Positions 7,198 to 16,270 are shown, counted from the first letter of the stretch. The stretch is DNA of 64,000 bases from an uncultured delta proteobacterium (GCA_963803435.1 CAWDML010000001.1:1952001-2016000); one strand, 5' to 3'. Numbers and translations: made by a program. The notes: generated from the sequence alone by a model not told the origin.

Positions 7198-10094
7198 GAG
7201 ATCGGGGGGAGCATCTCTTCGACGACCCGCCAGGCGCGCTCGAAGCGGCCCTCGAGGGCGGCGTCACCGTCCAGCGGCACCAGCTCTTCGATCCCGAGGT
7301 GCTCGACGAGACGGTCCGCGAACGCGTGGAAGCTCGCCGTGACACCCCGATCGTCGACGTGGCTCTCGAGCGTCTGGTCCGTCCCGGGGAGATCGGAGAC
7401 GATATGGAGCACCGAGAGCCGTACGCTCTGACCGGCGAGCGCCTCGGCGAAGTGCTTGGCCTCCATCTCGACCGAGTCGTAGCCCGCGGCCGTCAGCGCC
7501 TTCACCACGGCCTCCGTCTCGACCAACGGTGAGCGCACCGTCGCCGTCTTCGCGAAGGGATGCTCTTCGAAGCGGGCGGCGCCGTCCCTCTTCACGGCGG
7601 CCCGGATCAGATCGTTCGGGTGCAGGCGCCCGTCGTAGCGGGTCGGGAGCATCTGGTCACCGACTGCGAGACCTTCGCCCAGGCCTCCGCAGGTCCCCAC
7701 GACGGTGACCTGTCGAATGTCGCGATCGACGATCGCCTTGCCGAGCGTGTGGGCCAGATCGCCGTACGGCATCCGCGTCACCAAAAGATGCTTCACCTGG
7801 CCGGACGCGTTCTTGTAGCTGAACATCGCCTGATCGAGGAACTCGCCCTGTTGGGGGCGCTGCAGGCGATCCGAGCTGCCGGTCTTCAGCTCCCCGTCCT
7901 GAAACAGGCTGGTGAGCTCGGTGACCCGGACGTGCGCCGCCGCCACCGCGGCGAGCTTCGCCTCGAGCTCCAGCACCGCGTCCACCTGGGCCTGGCGCTT
8001 GAAGACGCTCCGCCGGTCGGCGCCCGACAGGATCTCGGGGAGGAACACGCCGTCGAGAGCGCTGGCGGCGTTCCGGTACGCGCGGGCCGCCGGTCCCGGG
8101 AGACGGTCCGCGCGACGCTCGATCTTCCGCTTCAGCGTCTGAACCGGATCCGGCCCCATGCGCAGCAACCGTCCAAACTTCTCCGCAGCCCGATGGCGGC
8201 CGATCAATTCCTTTCGCATCCCGTTGACGAACCCGACGACCACGGTGTCGGGCACGCGGTTGCTGGCCAGGAGCGCGCGGCTGTACTTGCGATAGATCTC
8301 CACCTCCCCGCGGACGGGATGAAGGTGCGTCTCCACCTGCTCGGACGAGAGCCCGCGACCCGAGACCTCCGCCAGCCGACAACGGTCCGGTCGGTCCGAT
8401 CCGATCGCCAGCCGCCAGAGCATCTGCATGTGGAAGATCCGATCGCTGCCGCTGATCTCGGTGAGCAGGTATCTGATCTCGCCGGTGTCGGGCGAGCGCG
8501 CGAGGAAGAGCTGGTTGAACTGATCCGACTTCGGGACGTGGATCCGGGATACCTCGGTAAAGCCGCGCCGAGCCAGCGACGCGAACGATTCGTCCTTTGA
8601 CGTCTGGTGAAATTCGACCACGCGCCTGTTGTCGAGCGCGTCCTCCACCACACCGTCCCAGACGCGCGTCTCGATGTAGCGATCCCGGTTGTGCATCGAG
8701 TGGGGTGCGTCGGGATCGAAGCGCGCAACACTCGGGTCGAAGCCTTTCACCACCTGCTCGATCGGTCCCGGCCCCGGCGGTGCGTGGATGGTCTGGACCT
8801 GACCGAGCGCATACATGTCTTCGAACTCGCGGCCGAACCGGTGGTGCGTGAGCAGGTCGCGAGCGCGCGCCACCGCCGCGGCGGCCGCCTCCGGATCCAG
8901 ACCGGCACGACGGAGGATCGCCTCCAGCTGGACCCAGCGATCGCCCGGCTCGACCTCGAGCGGCAGGTCGGCCAGGGCACGGCTGCAAGCCGCGCGCAGC
9001 GCTTGGTCGTCCTCGGCCTCGAGCGCGTGGATCGCCAGGCGAAGGCTGGCGCGCCGGCCCTCGCGGTTGAGGTGGCCCGTGAGGTCCGCCCACGTCTTCT
9101 CCGGATCGCCCAGGAGCGGCTCGAGCTGACGCTCGAGGCCCATCTCGACGATCGCTCGATCGAGCCCGGTGTCCCGGAGCGCGCGACGGATGCGATCCCG
9201 ATGGAGGCCCTGCTTCGACATCTTGAGCGCGGTGATCGCGACTTCGATGACGTCGCCCTCCACCGGCTGGCGCCCGGCCCGCTTGTGGGCTCGATACGCC
9301 TCGACCAGCCGCGTGAGATCGAGGCGGCCGTTGGAACCCCCAGCCTCCACCAGGCGCTCGAAGTACCGGGCCATCCGCGCGAGCGTGCCGTTGCGGCGAG
9401 CCACCTCCATCTCGCGACGGATGTGGGCGGTCGTCTCGGGGCTGAGCCGGAGAGACGGGTAGCGATTGAGCAGCTTGAGCGCGCGGAACGCGTGGCTCGG
9501 CCGATGGCTGAAGCGGAAGTCATCCGGAAAAAGGTGGATCCGGCCGGCGGCCAGATCGTCGAGACCCCGTCCCGAGGAGTCGTACACGTCACCGCGGTTC
9601 GTCAGGCCGATCTTGTCGATGGTCGCGCCGCGATCGGCTCCGAAGGGCCGCGGCTTCGAGAGGTCCGCGGCCCAGTCGAGCTTGTGCGCCGCCCCTAATT
9701 CCAGCCCCACCTCCTGTTTGAACGCGGCGGCCTGCGGATGATCCCCCTCGAAGATCAGATCGAGATCCGACGCCGGCGAGCGCTCCTCACCGAGCAGCAG
9801 ATCCCGCGCGGTGCCGCCGTAGACGCCCCACGTGATGCCGTAGCGTGAAGCGATGGTCTCGATCGCGCGGAGGGTCGGATCTGCCTCGAAGAACGGCGCG
9901 CCCCCCAGCACCGAAAACGACTGGAGCGCCGCTCGGGCCCGGGCGGGGTCGAGCGCGTAGTCGCTCCACCCCAGCCGTCGCACCGACGACGCGCGCGTCT
10001 CGGGCAGAGGGGGGCTCGGCGCAGGGGACGCCGCCGGTGCCGGGGAACCCGGACGGAGGTCGTGTCCGGACCCGCGCCGGATCAGAGAGACCAT
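7161..10094 (-). CDS. Multidomain protein: divergent CCA/poly(A) polymerase-type nucleotidyltransferase plus nucleoside phosphorylase (PNP_UDP-like) domain
   Basis: N-part VYGGTARDLLLG...SDLDL, TIDKIG, GRGLDDLAAGRI, FRALKL; C-part VVGTCGGL....VGD, DSVEME, HIVSDLPG. Confidence 0.75.
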   Translation of the reverse strand: MVSLIRRGSGHDLRPGSPAPAASPAPSPPLPETRASSVRRLGWSDYALDPARARAALQSFSVLGGAPFFEADPTLRAIETIASRYGITWGVYGGTARDLLLGEERSPASDLDLIFEGDHPQAAAFKQEVGLELGAAHKLDWAADLSKPRPFGADRGATIDKIGLTNRGDVYDSSGRGLDDLAAGRIHLFPDDFRFSHRPSHAFRALKLLNRYPSLRLSPETTAHIRREMEVARRNGTLARMARYFERLVEAGGSNGRLDLTRLVEAYRAHKRAGRQPVEGDVIEVAITALKMSKQGLHRDRIRRALRDTGLDRAIVEMGLERQLEPLLGDPEKTWADLTGHLNREGRRASLRLAIHALEAEDDQALRAACSRALADLPLEVEPGDRWVQLEAILRRAGLDPEAAAAAVARARDLLTHHRFGREFEDMYALGQVQTIHAPPGPGPIEQVVKGFDPSVARFDPDAPHSMHNRDRYIETRVWDGVVEDALDNRRVVEFHQTSKDESFASLARRGFTEVSRIHVPKSDQFNQLFLARSPDTGEIRYLLTEISGSDRIFHMQMLWRLAIGSDRPDRCRLAEVSGRGLSSEQVETHLHPVRGEVEIYRKYSRALLASNRVPDTVVVGFVNGMRKELIGRHRAAEKFGRLLRMGPDPVQTLKRKIERRADRLPGPAARAYRNAASALDGVFLPEILSGADRRSVFKRQAQVDAVLELEAKLAAVAAAHVRVTELTSLFQDGELKTGSSDRLQRPQQGEFLDQAMFSYKNASGQVKHLLVTRMPYGDLAHTLGKAIVDRDIRQVTVVGTCGGLGEGLAVGDQMLPTRYDGRLHPNDLIRAAVKRDGAARFEEHPFAKTATVRSPLVETEAVVKALTAAGYDSVEMEAKHFAEALAGQSVRLSVLHIVSDLPGTDQTLESHVDDRGVTASFHAFADRLVEHLGIEELVPLDGDAALEGRFERAWRVVEEMLPPISWAPSTRSCATT

Positions 10095-10168
10095 GAGCTT
10101 GTATCGGTCTGTCTCCGAGCAGGTTTCGAGAAACGGTCCGGTGAGGATTGCCCGTTACAGGGGCGGTT

Positions 10169-10864
10169 TCACTTGCGCTCGCCGTTGCGACTGACGCGGG
10201 CGTGCGCCACCGGCGCCTCCAGGTCGACGAACGGATGGCCCGTGTCCCGCTCGAGCTGCTCCAGCCAGACGCGGTACAGCGGCCGCAGCGCCACCGGTAC
10301 CCGCAGCTCGAGCGCCACCGCCGCGTCGGGATCCGACACCAGCGTTCGCACGGCCTCCATGTGGAGGAGCCGCGAGTGGAACGGATCGCTCAAGCGCACC
10401 AGGAAACGGCCGGACATGATCTCGGGCGGCGTGTCCGCCGGGACCAGCTCGAAGTCGACGCCGGCCTCCTCCATCGACGCACGCGCCTTCGGGGGCGCGT
10501 GGTGGGGGATGTGGATCCGCAGCATCAGGTCGAGCGCGTCCGAGCTGGCGGCGTCGAGCGCTTCGGCCTCGATCGGTCCGTGGTGCTTCACCACCAGCTT
10601 GCGATGGAGCGCGGTCAGGCGCCTTCGCTCCTCGTCGTCGAGGATGCAGACCTCGAAGTAGGCGTGCAGCTTCTCGAGCGCGGTTCGCGAAGACCTCAGA
10701 CGCTCGACGATCCGATCCGAGGAGCGCACCAGCGGCGGTCCGAAGCCCACCTGATAGCTGGCGATCCACGCGTGCGCGAAGGCCTCCTGGAGGAGATGGG
10801 GGAGATCTCTCCGGCGCTCGCCCAGGATCGCAAACGACGACTCGAGGTTCGTCTTGGCGATCAT
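10169..10864 (-). CDS. Hypothetical protein (231 aa)
   Basis: Start overlaps the transglutaminase stop; normal composition; no motif recognised. Confidence 0.6.
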   Translation of the reverse strand: MIAKTNLESSFAILGERRRDLPHLLQEAFAHAWIASYQVGFGPPLVRSSDRIVERLRSSRTALEKLHAYFEVCILDDEERRRLTALHRKLVVKHHGPIEAEALDAASSDALDLMLRIHIPHHAPPKARASMEEAGVDFELVPADTPPEIMSGRFLVRLSDPFHSRLLHMEAVRTLVSDPDAAVALELRVPVALRPLYRVWLEQLERDTGHPFVDLEAPVAHARVSRNGERK

Positions 10865-12330
10865 CAGAAGGTCTTCTTCTGCCCCGAGATCGTCACGTAG
10901 GAGAGCACCTGGAGCTGCATGTCACCGATCAGCGCCGCCGCCACCATCCCGGCCTCGCGGAGCCCGTCGGGATCCGACTGACCATGCGCGAACTTGATGT
11001 GGGTCGGATCGGCGATGTCCTGTCCGAACGTCGGGTCCATCGCGATCCACTCCTTCCCCGTCCAGATCTCCACCCACTCGTGATAGCCGAACACGTGGCG
11101 CGGCCCGCCCACGTAGACCAGACCGGTGGCGAGGCGCGTCGGGATGCCCGCGATCTTGGCGAGCGCGGAGAACAGCACCGCGTGCTCGGTGCAGTCGCCC
11201 TCCTGGGTGTCGAGGGCCTCAATCGCAGAGGCGAACGCCCGCGCCAGGCTCTTGTTCTCGATGTGCTTGTAGACGAAGCCGTTGATCTTCTTCGCCGCCT
11301 TCCACAGGTCCTTCTCGTCACCGACGACGTCCTGAACCGTCTTGACCAGCTTCTCGTCCTTGAGCGCCTCGTACGGTGTCTCCTTGAGGAACGTCCGCTT
11401 GTTTCGGATCGGCAGCTTGATCCCCTTCTTCGGCGGAGAGTCGGCCCGGATCACCAGCTCGACGAAGTCCTTCCCCTGCTTGGTCATCTTCTGGCGCGGC
11501 TCGCTGATGTACTTGGGGCGCTGGCCGTCCATGCTCTTGATCCGGACCTCGATCGTCTCGAGCTCGTCGCCTGTGGGGAGCGCGGCGGGGATCTCGAAGA
11601 GGGCCGAGTCGAAGATGTCGACGGTGGGCCCCATCGCGATCGCCTTCTCCTTGGTGGTCTCGGTGAACTCGGCGCCAATCCCGAGGAGCTCGGTCTTCCT
11701 GACGTGGCCGTCCGGCGCCACCAGCGCTCGGCTCTTGACCGGCCCGAGCTGCTCCTCGAGCACGAAGTCGTCGCCCTCCTTGCCGGTGATCGCCAACGAG
11801 TAGGGCTGGCGCTCCGCCTCGGCCTCGTCGATCGCCAGGCCCTTCTCCTTCTTGCCCACCTCGAGACCCGAGCCGATGAACAAGACCTCGAGGCTGGAGG
11901 CCAGCTTCACCGTCCCCTTCGCCAGGGAGATCTTCTCGTCGTGCTTGTCGCTCCCGACGGTCCGGGAGACCACGAAGACGTCGCCATCCCGATACCCCTC
12001 CACGTTCCGCTTCTCTCCGCCCTCGACGCGGGCGTGCTTGAAGCGCATCGGCGCGCCGTCCGGAGCGAACCAGGTGTCGGTGGTCGACTCCATCCGGATC
12101 ACGTCCTTCTGGCGGGTCACGACCACCACCGACCACCGGTTGAGGTGGATCGCAGGTTGCTCGTTGATCTCCGTGGGCTCGTCCTTCGCGAACAGGTAGC
12201 CGACCTTGTTGTTCTTGAACTTGAAGTCGTACCAGACCTCACGAGGTGTGACGTTGGGCTTCTCGATGTCCGCCCGGGCCGGCGAGGGCGCCAGCGCGAG
12301 GAGCATCGGAAGGAGGAGGAGGGCTCGCAT
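10864..12330 (-). CDS. Secreted transglutaminase-like (Cys-His-Asp) domain protein
   Basis: Signal peptide MRALLLLPMLLALAPSPARA; GDCTEHA, YHEWVE, MDPTFGQ. Confidence 0.88.
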   Translation of the reverse strand: MRALLLLPMLLALAPSPARADIEKPNVTPREVWYDFKFKNNKVGYLFAKDEPTEINEQPAIHLNRWSVVVVTRQKDVIRMESTTDTWFAPDGAPMRFKHARVEGGEKRNVEGYRDGDVFVVSRTVGSDKHDEKISLAKGTVKLASSLEVLFIGSGLEVGKKEKGLAIDEAEAERQPYSLAITGKEGDDFVLEEQLGPVKSRALVAPDGHVRKTELLGIGAEFTETTKEKAIAMGPTVDIFDSALFEIPAALPTGDELETIEVRIKSMDGQRPKYISEPRQKMTKQGKDFVELVIRADSPPKKGIKLPIRNKRTFLKETPYEALKDEKLVKTVQDVVGDEKDLWKAAKKINGFVYKHIENKSLARAFASAIEALDTQEGDCTEHAVLFSALAKIAGIPTRLATGLVYVGGPRHVFGYHEWVEIWTGKEWIAMDPTFGQDIADPTHIKFAHGQSDPDGLREAGMVAAALIGDMQLQVLSYVTISGQKKTF

Positions 12331-12344
12331 CGGGCCCCACCGTA

Positions 12345-12962
12345 TCAAGCGGCTCTCCGCTTGCGCCACCACCAGACGACCAGGAGGGTTACGACCGCCG
12401 CCGCACCGAGCGAATAAATCACGGTCTTGTAGACGTGAAAGGCGTGCTCCATCTTCTCCGCGCTCTCCCCGACGGCCGTCCCCAGGCCGAGCACGGCGAG
12501 GGTCCAGCCCACGTTCGAGATGAGCCCGAAGGCCATCGTCTTGCCGATCGGGAGGCGGGCCACGCCGGCGGCGAAAAAAGTGACGGCCCGGACGCCCGGG
12601 AGAGCCCGGTTGATGGCGATCGCCCACATCCCGCGCTTGCGGAAGCCGACCATGAAGCGGTCGACGCGCCCCTTACCGAACAGGAGGTCGACCCAGCGCT
12701 CGCCCCGGAAGGTGCCGTCGGGGCGTGAGAGCAGGTGGCCGATCCCGTAGTGGATGAGCGCACCGGTGGCGCCGCCGGCGACCGCGACCACCGCCACCAC
12801 CGGGAAAGGCTGGATGCCGGCGATGATGAGGAGGGAGGAGGCCAGCAGGATCGAGTCTGCCGGCAGCGGTGGGACCAGGTACTCGAGGCACGCCGCGGCG
12901 TACACGGCGAAGAGGGTCCAGGGCCCGTGGTTCTCGCGGACGAACTGGAGCAGCGTCTCCAA
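12345..12962 (-). CDS. DedA family membrane protein
   Basis: EYLVPPLPADS, GGATGA.I.Y.IG, R.LPGVR....F.AG. Confidence 0.85.
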   Translation of the reverse strand: METLLQFVRENHGPWTLFAVYAAACLEYLVPPLPADSILLASSLLIIAGIQPFPVVAVVAVAGGATGALIHYGIGHLLSRPDGTFRGERWVDLLFGKGRVDRFMVGFRKRGMWAIAINRALPGVRAVTFFAAGVARLPIGKTMAFGLISNVGWTLAVLGLGTAVGESAEKMEHAFHVYKTVIYSLGAAAVVTLLVVWWWRKRRAA

Positions 12963-14294
12963 TCAGGGCTCCCGCCCGACGGTGCGACCGAGGAGCCGAT
13001 CGAGCCGCGCCGGATCCATCGCGATCAAGATCGTCTTGCCTCGGGCGACGCTGACACGACCGGGGGGGTCACCTTTCGTCTTCCGCACATACCGGGCCTC
13101 GGTCGTGATCACCTCGACCTTCGCGTCGTTCTTCGCCGACGAGTAGAACGCGGCCAGGTGCGCCGCGTCCAGCACCGCCTCCAGATCCGGCGACCGCCCC
13201 TTCTCCGTTCGCAGCACGACGTGCGCCCCGGCCGTACCGCGCGCGTGCAGCCACAGATCGTGGCCGCGCGCCCCGTTGAGGGTGAGGCGATCATTCTCGG
13301 CGGCGCCCCGTCCCACCCGGATCTCGCTCCCGTCCTTGGCGATGAAGCGTCTCGACCATCGATCGATCGGCTTCTTCTTCTCGGACTTCTCGCCGCGCTC
13401 CGCTTCGATCCGCTCGGACGCGGAGGCCGAGCGTGCGGCGAGCTGCTGGAGCGCATCGCCGGTGGCGTCCCCGATGCGCGCCTTCTCCCGCGCGATGTCG
13501 TCCAGCTGGGCGGTCACCTCGGCGAGACGCCGCGACACGATCGGTGATCCGCGGGCGGCCTTCTTCGCACGCGCGAAGTAGCGCTCCATGTTCGCCTTCG
13601 CTGAGAGCGCGGGATCGAGCCGCACGGTCACGGGTGCGCCCGTGCTCCAATCGGCGGCCTCGATCGCGCGCGCGCCCTTCGGCACGCGGTGGAGCATCGA
13701 CTTGAGGCGCTCGCCGTGACCGCCTTCGGCCTCCATCCGTGCCAGCTTGTCGCGGTCGCCGGTCAGGTTCTGGGCCAGGCGCTGCAGCTTCTTCTCTCGC
13801 TTGAGCAAGCCGCTCAAAAGGCTCGCTTTCAGCCGGTTCTCGGCCTCTGTTGGGCCGATCCGGTCGAGCTCGACCGCCCGCTGCTCGGACAAGGGGAAGC
13901 GATCAGGAACCGGGCCGGGTTCGGGCATCGCCCGCCCGCTCGGCGGGAGGAAACGAAACGGGTTCTTCCGCCCCGCCAGGTCGATCTCGAGCCCGCCGTC
14001 GCCGACGTCAATCCGCACGGCGCGGCCGTCGTAGGCGAGATCGATCAGCGGCTTGCCCTCGAGACGCTCGCGCAGGGTCCGCTGGGTCGAGCCGCCCGGG
14101 ACCGTGCGCGGCGGTCGCTCATCCACGAGGTGCACGCGACCGAGGTCCGCGCTCACGAGCAACAACAAGGTTCGACCGGGGACGCGGATCGCAAACACGA
14201 CCGATCGATCGTCGACGCGATCGATCTTCTGCACGCGACCGCCGAGCAGAGGACGAAGCTCGGTGATCACGTCGTGAATCGCATCGGGCTTCAT
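12963..14294 (-). CDS. NFACT family protein (RqcH/FbpA-like) with C-terminal NFACT-R domain
   Basis: L.GRVQKI start; LDP.LS...N.ERYF...KK; VGRGA.END.LT, DLWLHARG..GAHV, AA.LAAFYS. Confidence 0.88.
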   Translation of the reverse strand: MKPDAIHDVITELRPLLGGRVQKIDRVDDRSVVFAIRVPGRTLLLLVSADLGRVHLVDERPPRTVPGGSTQRTLRERLEGKPLIDLAYDGRAVRIDVGDGGLEIDLAGRKNPFRFLPPSGRAMPEPGPVPDRFPLSEQRAVELDRIGPTEAENRLKASLLSGLLKREKKLQRLAQNLTGDRDKLARMEAEGGHGERLKSMLHRVPKGARAIEAADWSTGAPVTVRLDPALSAKANMERYFARAKKAARGSPIVSRRLAEVTAQLDDIAREKARIGDATGDALQQLAARSASASERIEAERGEKSEKKKPIDRWSRRFIAKDGSEIRVGRGAAENDRLTLNGARGHDLWLHARGTAGAHVVLRTEKGRSPDLEAVLDAAHLAAFYSSAKNDAKVEVITTEARYVRKTKGDPPGRVSVARGKTILIAMDPARLDRLLGRTVGREP

Positions 14295-14367
14295 CTCCAA
14301 AAAACGAACGGCCCGCACCTCGAATCCGAGGGCGGGCCGATTTCACTCACGAAGGACCTGAGCGAGC

Positions 14368-14604
14368 TTAGGCCTTCTTCTTCTTGCGACGGCGCTTTCC
14401 CTTCTTCTTCGTTGCCGCCCCGCCTTCTGCAGGCGCGGCAGCAGATGCCTTCTTCTTGGCCTTCTTGCGACGCTTCTTGGCGGCCTTCTTCTTGGTGGCC
14501 TTCTTCTTGGTAGCCTTCTTCGTCGCTGCCTTCTTCTTGCCGCCGCGCTTCTTCTTGCCGCCGGCCTTCTTGGTGGTCGTCTTCTTTTTCTTTCTGGTAG
14601 CCAT
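14368..14604 (-). CDS. Small Lys/Ala-rich histone H1-like protein
   Basis: 78 aa with 35 Lys, 7 Arg, one acidic residue; mostly AAG codons; SD AGAGG and promoter upstream. Confidence 0.85.
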   Translation of the reverse strand: MATRKKKKTTTKKAGGKKKRGGKKKAATKKATKKKATKKKAAKKRRKKAKKKASAAAPAEGGAATKKKGKRRRKKKKA

Positions 14605-14646
14605 CCGTAACCTCTCTTGCGCCTTCTGGAGGCGAAGTTGACCTGA

Positions 14647-14675
14647 AATGTACGAATGCCCAGGCGCGATGTCAA
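14647..14675 (-). promoter_or_regulatory. Sigma70-type promoter of the histone-like gene
   Basis: Minus strand TTGACA (14675-14670), 17-nt spacer, TACATT (14652-14647). Confidence 0.7.
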
Positions 14676-14698
14676 CAAGCCGAACCGTGTCGCGTCGC

Positions 14699-15146
14699 GA
14701 TCGAGCACCGATCGATCGCGAACCGCGATCGATCCGCGCGTTCGATCCGCGCCTCGATCGCGCATCGATCGTGGTTCGTGACGAGCGATCGCGCGCCCGC
14801 GATTTCGGATCTTCGCGATCTGTCGCATCTCGAATTCTGTTTTAAAAATGGGCTTTCGATGCTGAATTTGGATCGTGTCAACTTCGTTGTCAGCGCTCGG
14901 GATCGATCCTTCGAACACCGAGATCGATCGAGCGTCGGTCGCGCGATCGATGATGTCGTACCTGTTCGGCGCCCGTGCTCGACGGTCTCGATCGGGATCG
15001 AATTTTTTCGATCGTCGGGCGCCGCGGGTGGCCGAGATCACCACCCGACGGCGTCCGATCCGATCGCCCGCGCGCTGGGATCGGGGAGCCCGATCCGAGC
15101 GCGAGCGCACGGTGAACGATCGAAACGATCCGCGCGCGCGCGATCC
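14699..15146. repeat. Non-coding GATC/CGATCG-dense tract with AT-rich core
   Basis: About 28 GATC counted by eye in ~450 bp; AT-rich GAATTCTGTTTTAAAAAT near 14832-14849. Confidence 0.8.
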
Positions 15147-15220
15147 GCGCGTGCGCGGGATGGCGCCAGCGTCGGTCGCGAGCGCGCGCCGCGCGAACGG
15201 GGTGCGAAGGATGGCGCGGT

Positions 15221-15868
15221 CTAGATACGGGCGCGGTGGCCGGTGAGAACGACGAGGGTGTATCCGTCGGGTTCCTCAAGCAAATCGAGGTGATAGTGCG
15301 TCGATAGCCGGTCCGCGATCGCCGCCACCGGAGACATGCGAGGGGCGATCGACAGCCCGAACGCGCGGCCGTCGATCCCGATCGAGACGCGGGTCCCGGC
15401 CGCCGCGTGCACACCGATCCGAAGGACGCCGCGACCGATCCGTTTCACCAACCAGCGCTCGGTGGCGCGGGCCCAGTCGATCTCGACGCAGCCGACGGGG
15501 AGCGGTGCAGCCCGGCGGAGCGCGCGCGTCGCCCGGTGATTGCGGCGGACCACGGCTTCCCGCAAGATCACCGCGATCGCGGTCCCCTTCGCCAGCGTAT
15601 TGCCAGGATCGACCCATTCCGGCGCAATCTCGCCGGTCGACGCTGGCGTCTCGGCCGGGGCCTCCTCGCCGTCGCCGCCGCGCGGCCGGCCGAGCCGATG
15701 CCGCCGGAGGACCGGGACAGAGACCTCCGTGTCTCGCCGGCAGAGGTCGGCGAGCTCCTGCACCAAGGCGGAGTGCATCATTCCATGGCGCAGGACGGCC
15801 CATTCGGCACCCTCAGGGCTGCCGAAAGGTAGGACACCTGCGTACGATGGGTATCGGCGCCGGATCAC
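15221..15868 (-). CDS. Hypothetical protein (215 aa)
   Basis: Only plausible ORF in the interval; globular-looking C-terminal half; start uncertain. Confidence 0.5.
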   Translation of the reverse strand: MIRRRYPSYAGVLPFGSPEGAEWAVLRHGMMHSALVQELADLCRRDTEVSVPVLRRHRLGRPRGGDGEEAPAETPASTGEIAPEWVDPGNTLAKGTAIAVILREAVVRRNHRATRALRRAAPLPVGCVEIDWARATERWLVKRIGRGVLRIGVHAAAGTRVSIGIDGRAFGLSIAPRMSPVAAIADRLSTHYHLDLLEEPDGYTLVVLTGHRARI

Positions 15869-15937
15869 ATTCGTTGTGCGTCTTGGCGGCCCGCCCGACC
15901 GAAGGACTTACCCATCACACGCCCTCTAAACGCGCGG

Positions 15938-16270
15938 TGAGGCTCGGGCTTCTCGTGGGCTTCGCGGGCGCTGTCGCGGGCGTGTGGATCGGGCGCTGTG
16001 AGCGGGCCCCGTGGATGGGCGCGCTGCACCCGGTGGCGCGGGCCGACGGCCTCGAGCTGCGCCTCCATCTCGAGGGTCGATCGCCCGGCGACGAGCTCGG
16101 CCACCGCGTCGCCGGCGCCGGCAATCGCGATCGCGATCGCGATCGCGACGGGCGCAGCGACCTCATCGCCGGCGCGGCCCACGACCACGGCCACCGCTCG
16201 CGCGCGCGACGCGACGGACACGCGGATGTCATGGTGGGCGCGCCCGGACCTGGAAAGATGGCGTCGATCG
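15938..16270 (+). pseudogene. Degenerate FG-GAP (integrin-like) repeat fragment
   Basis: Reads EG.SPGDELGHRVAGAGN(RD)4GRSDLIAGA..DGHADVMVGAPG after a TM-like segment; too short for a propeller; contains (ATCGCG)4. Confidence 0.45.

Noticed and set aside
14876-14881. Second TTGACA on the minus strand
   Set aside because: No matching -10 element at 16-18 nt
14699-15146. oriC
   Set aside because: No TTATCCACA-like DnaA boxes seen and no dnaA/dnaN/gidA/parAB context; kept only as an unexplained array
14699-15146. CRISPR array
   Set aside because: No fixed-length repeats with spacers and no cas genes
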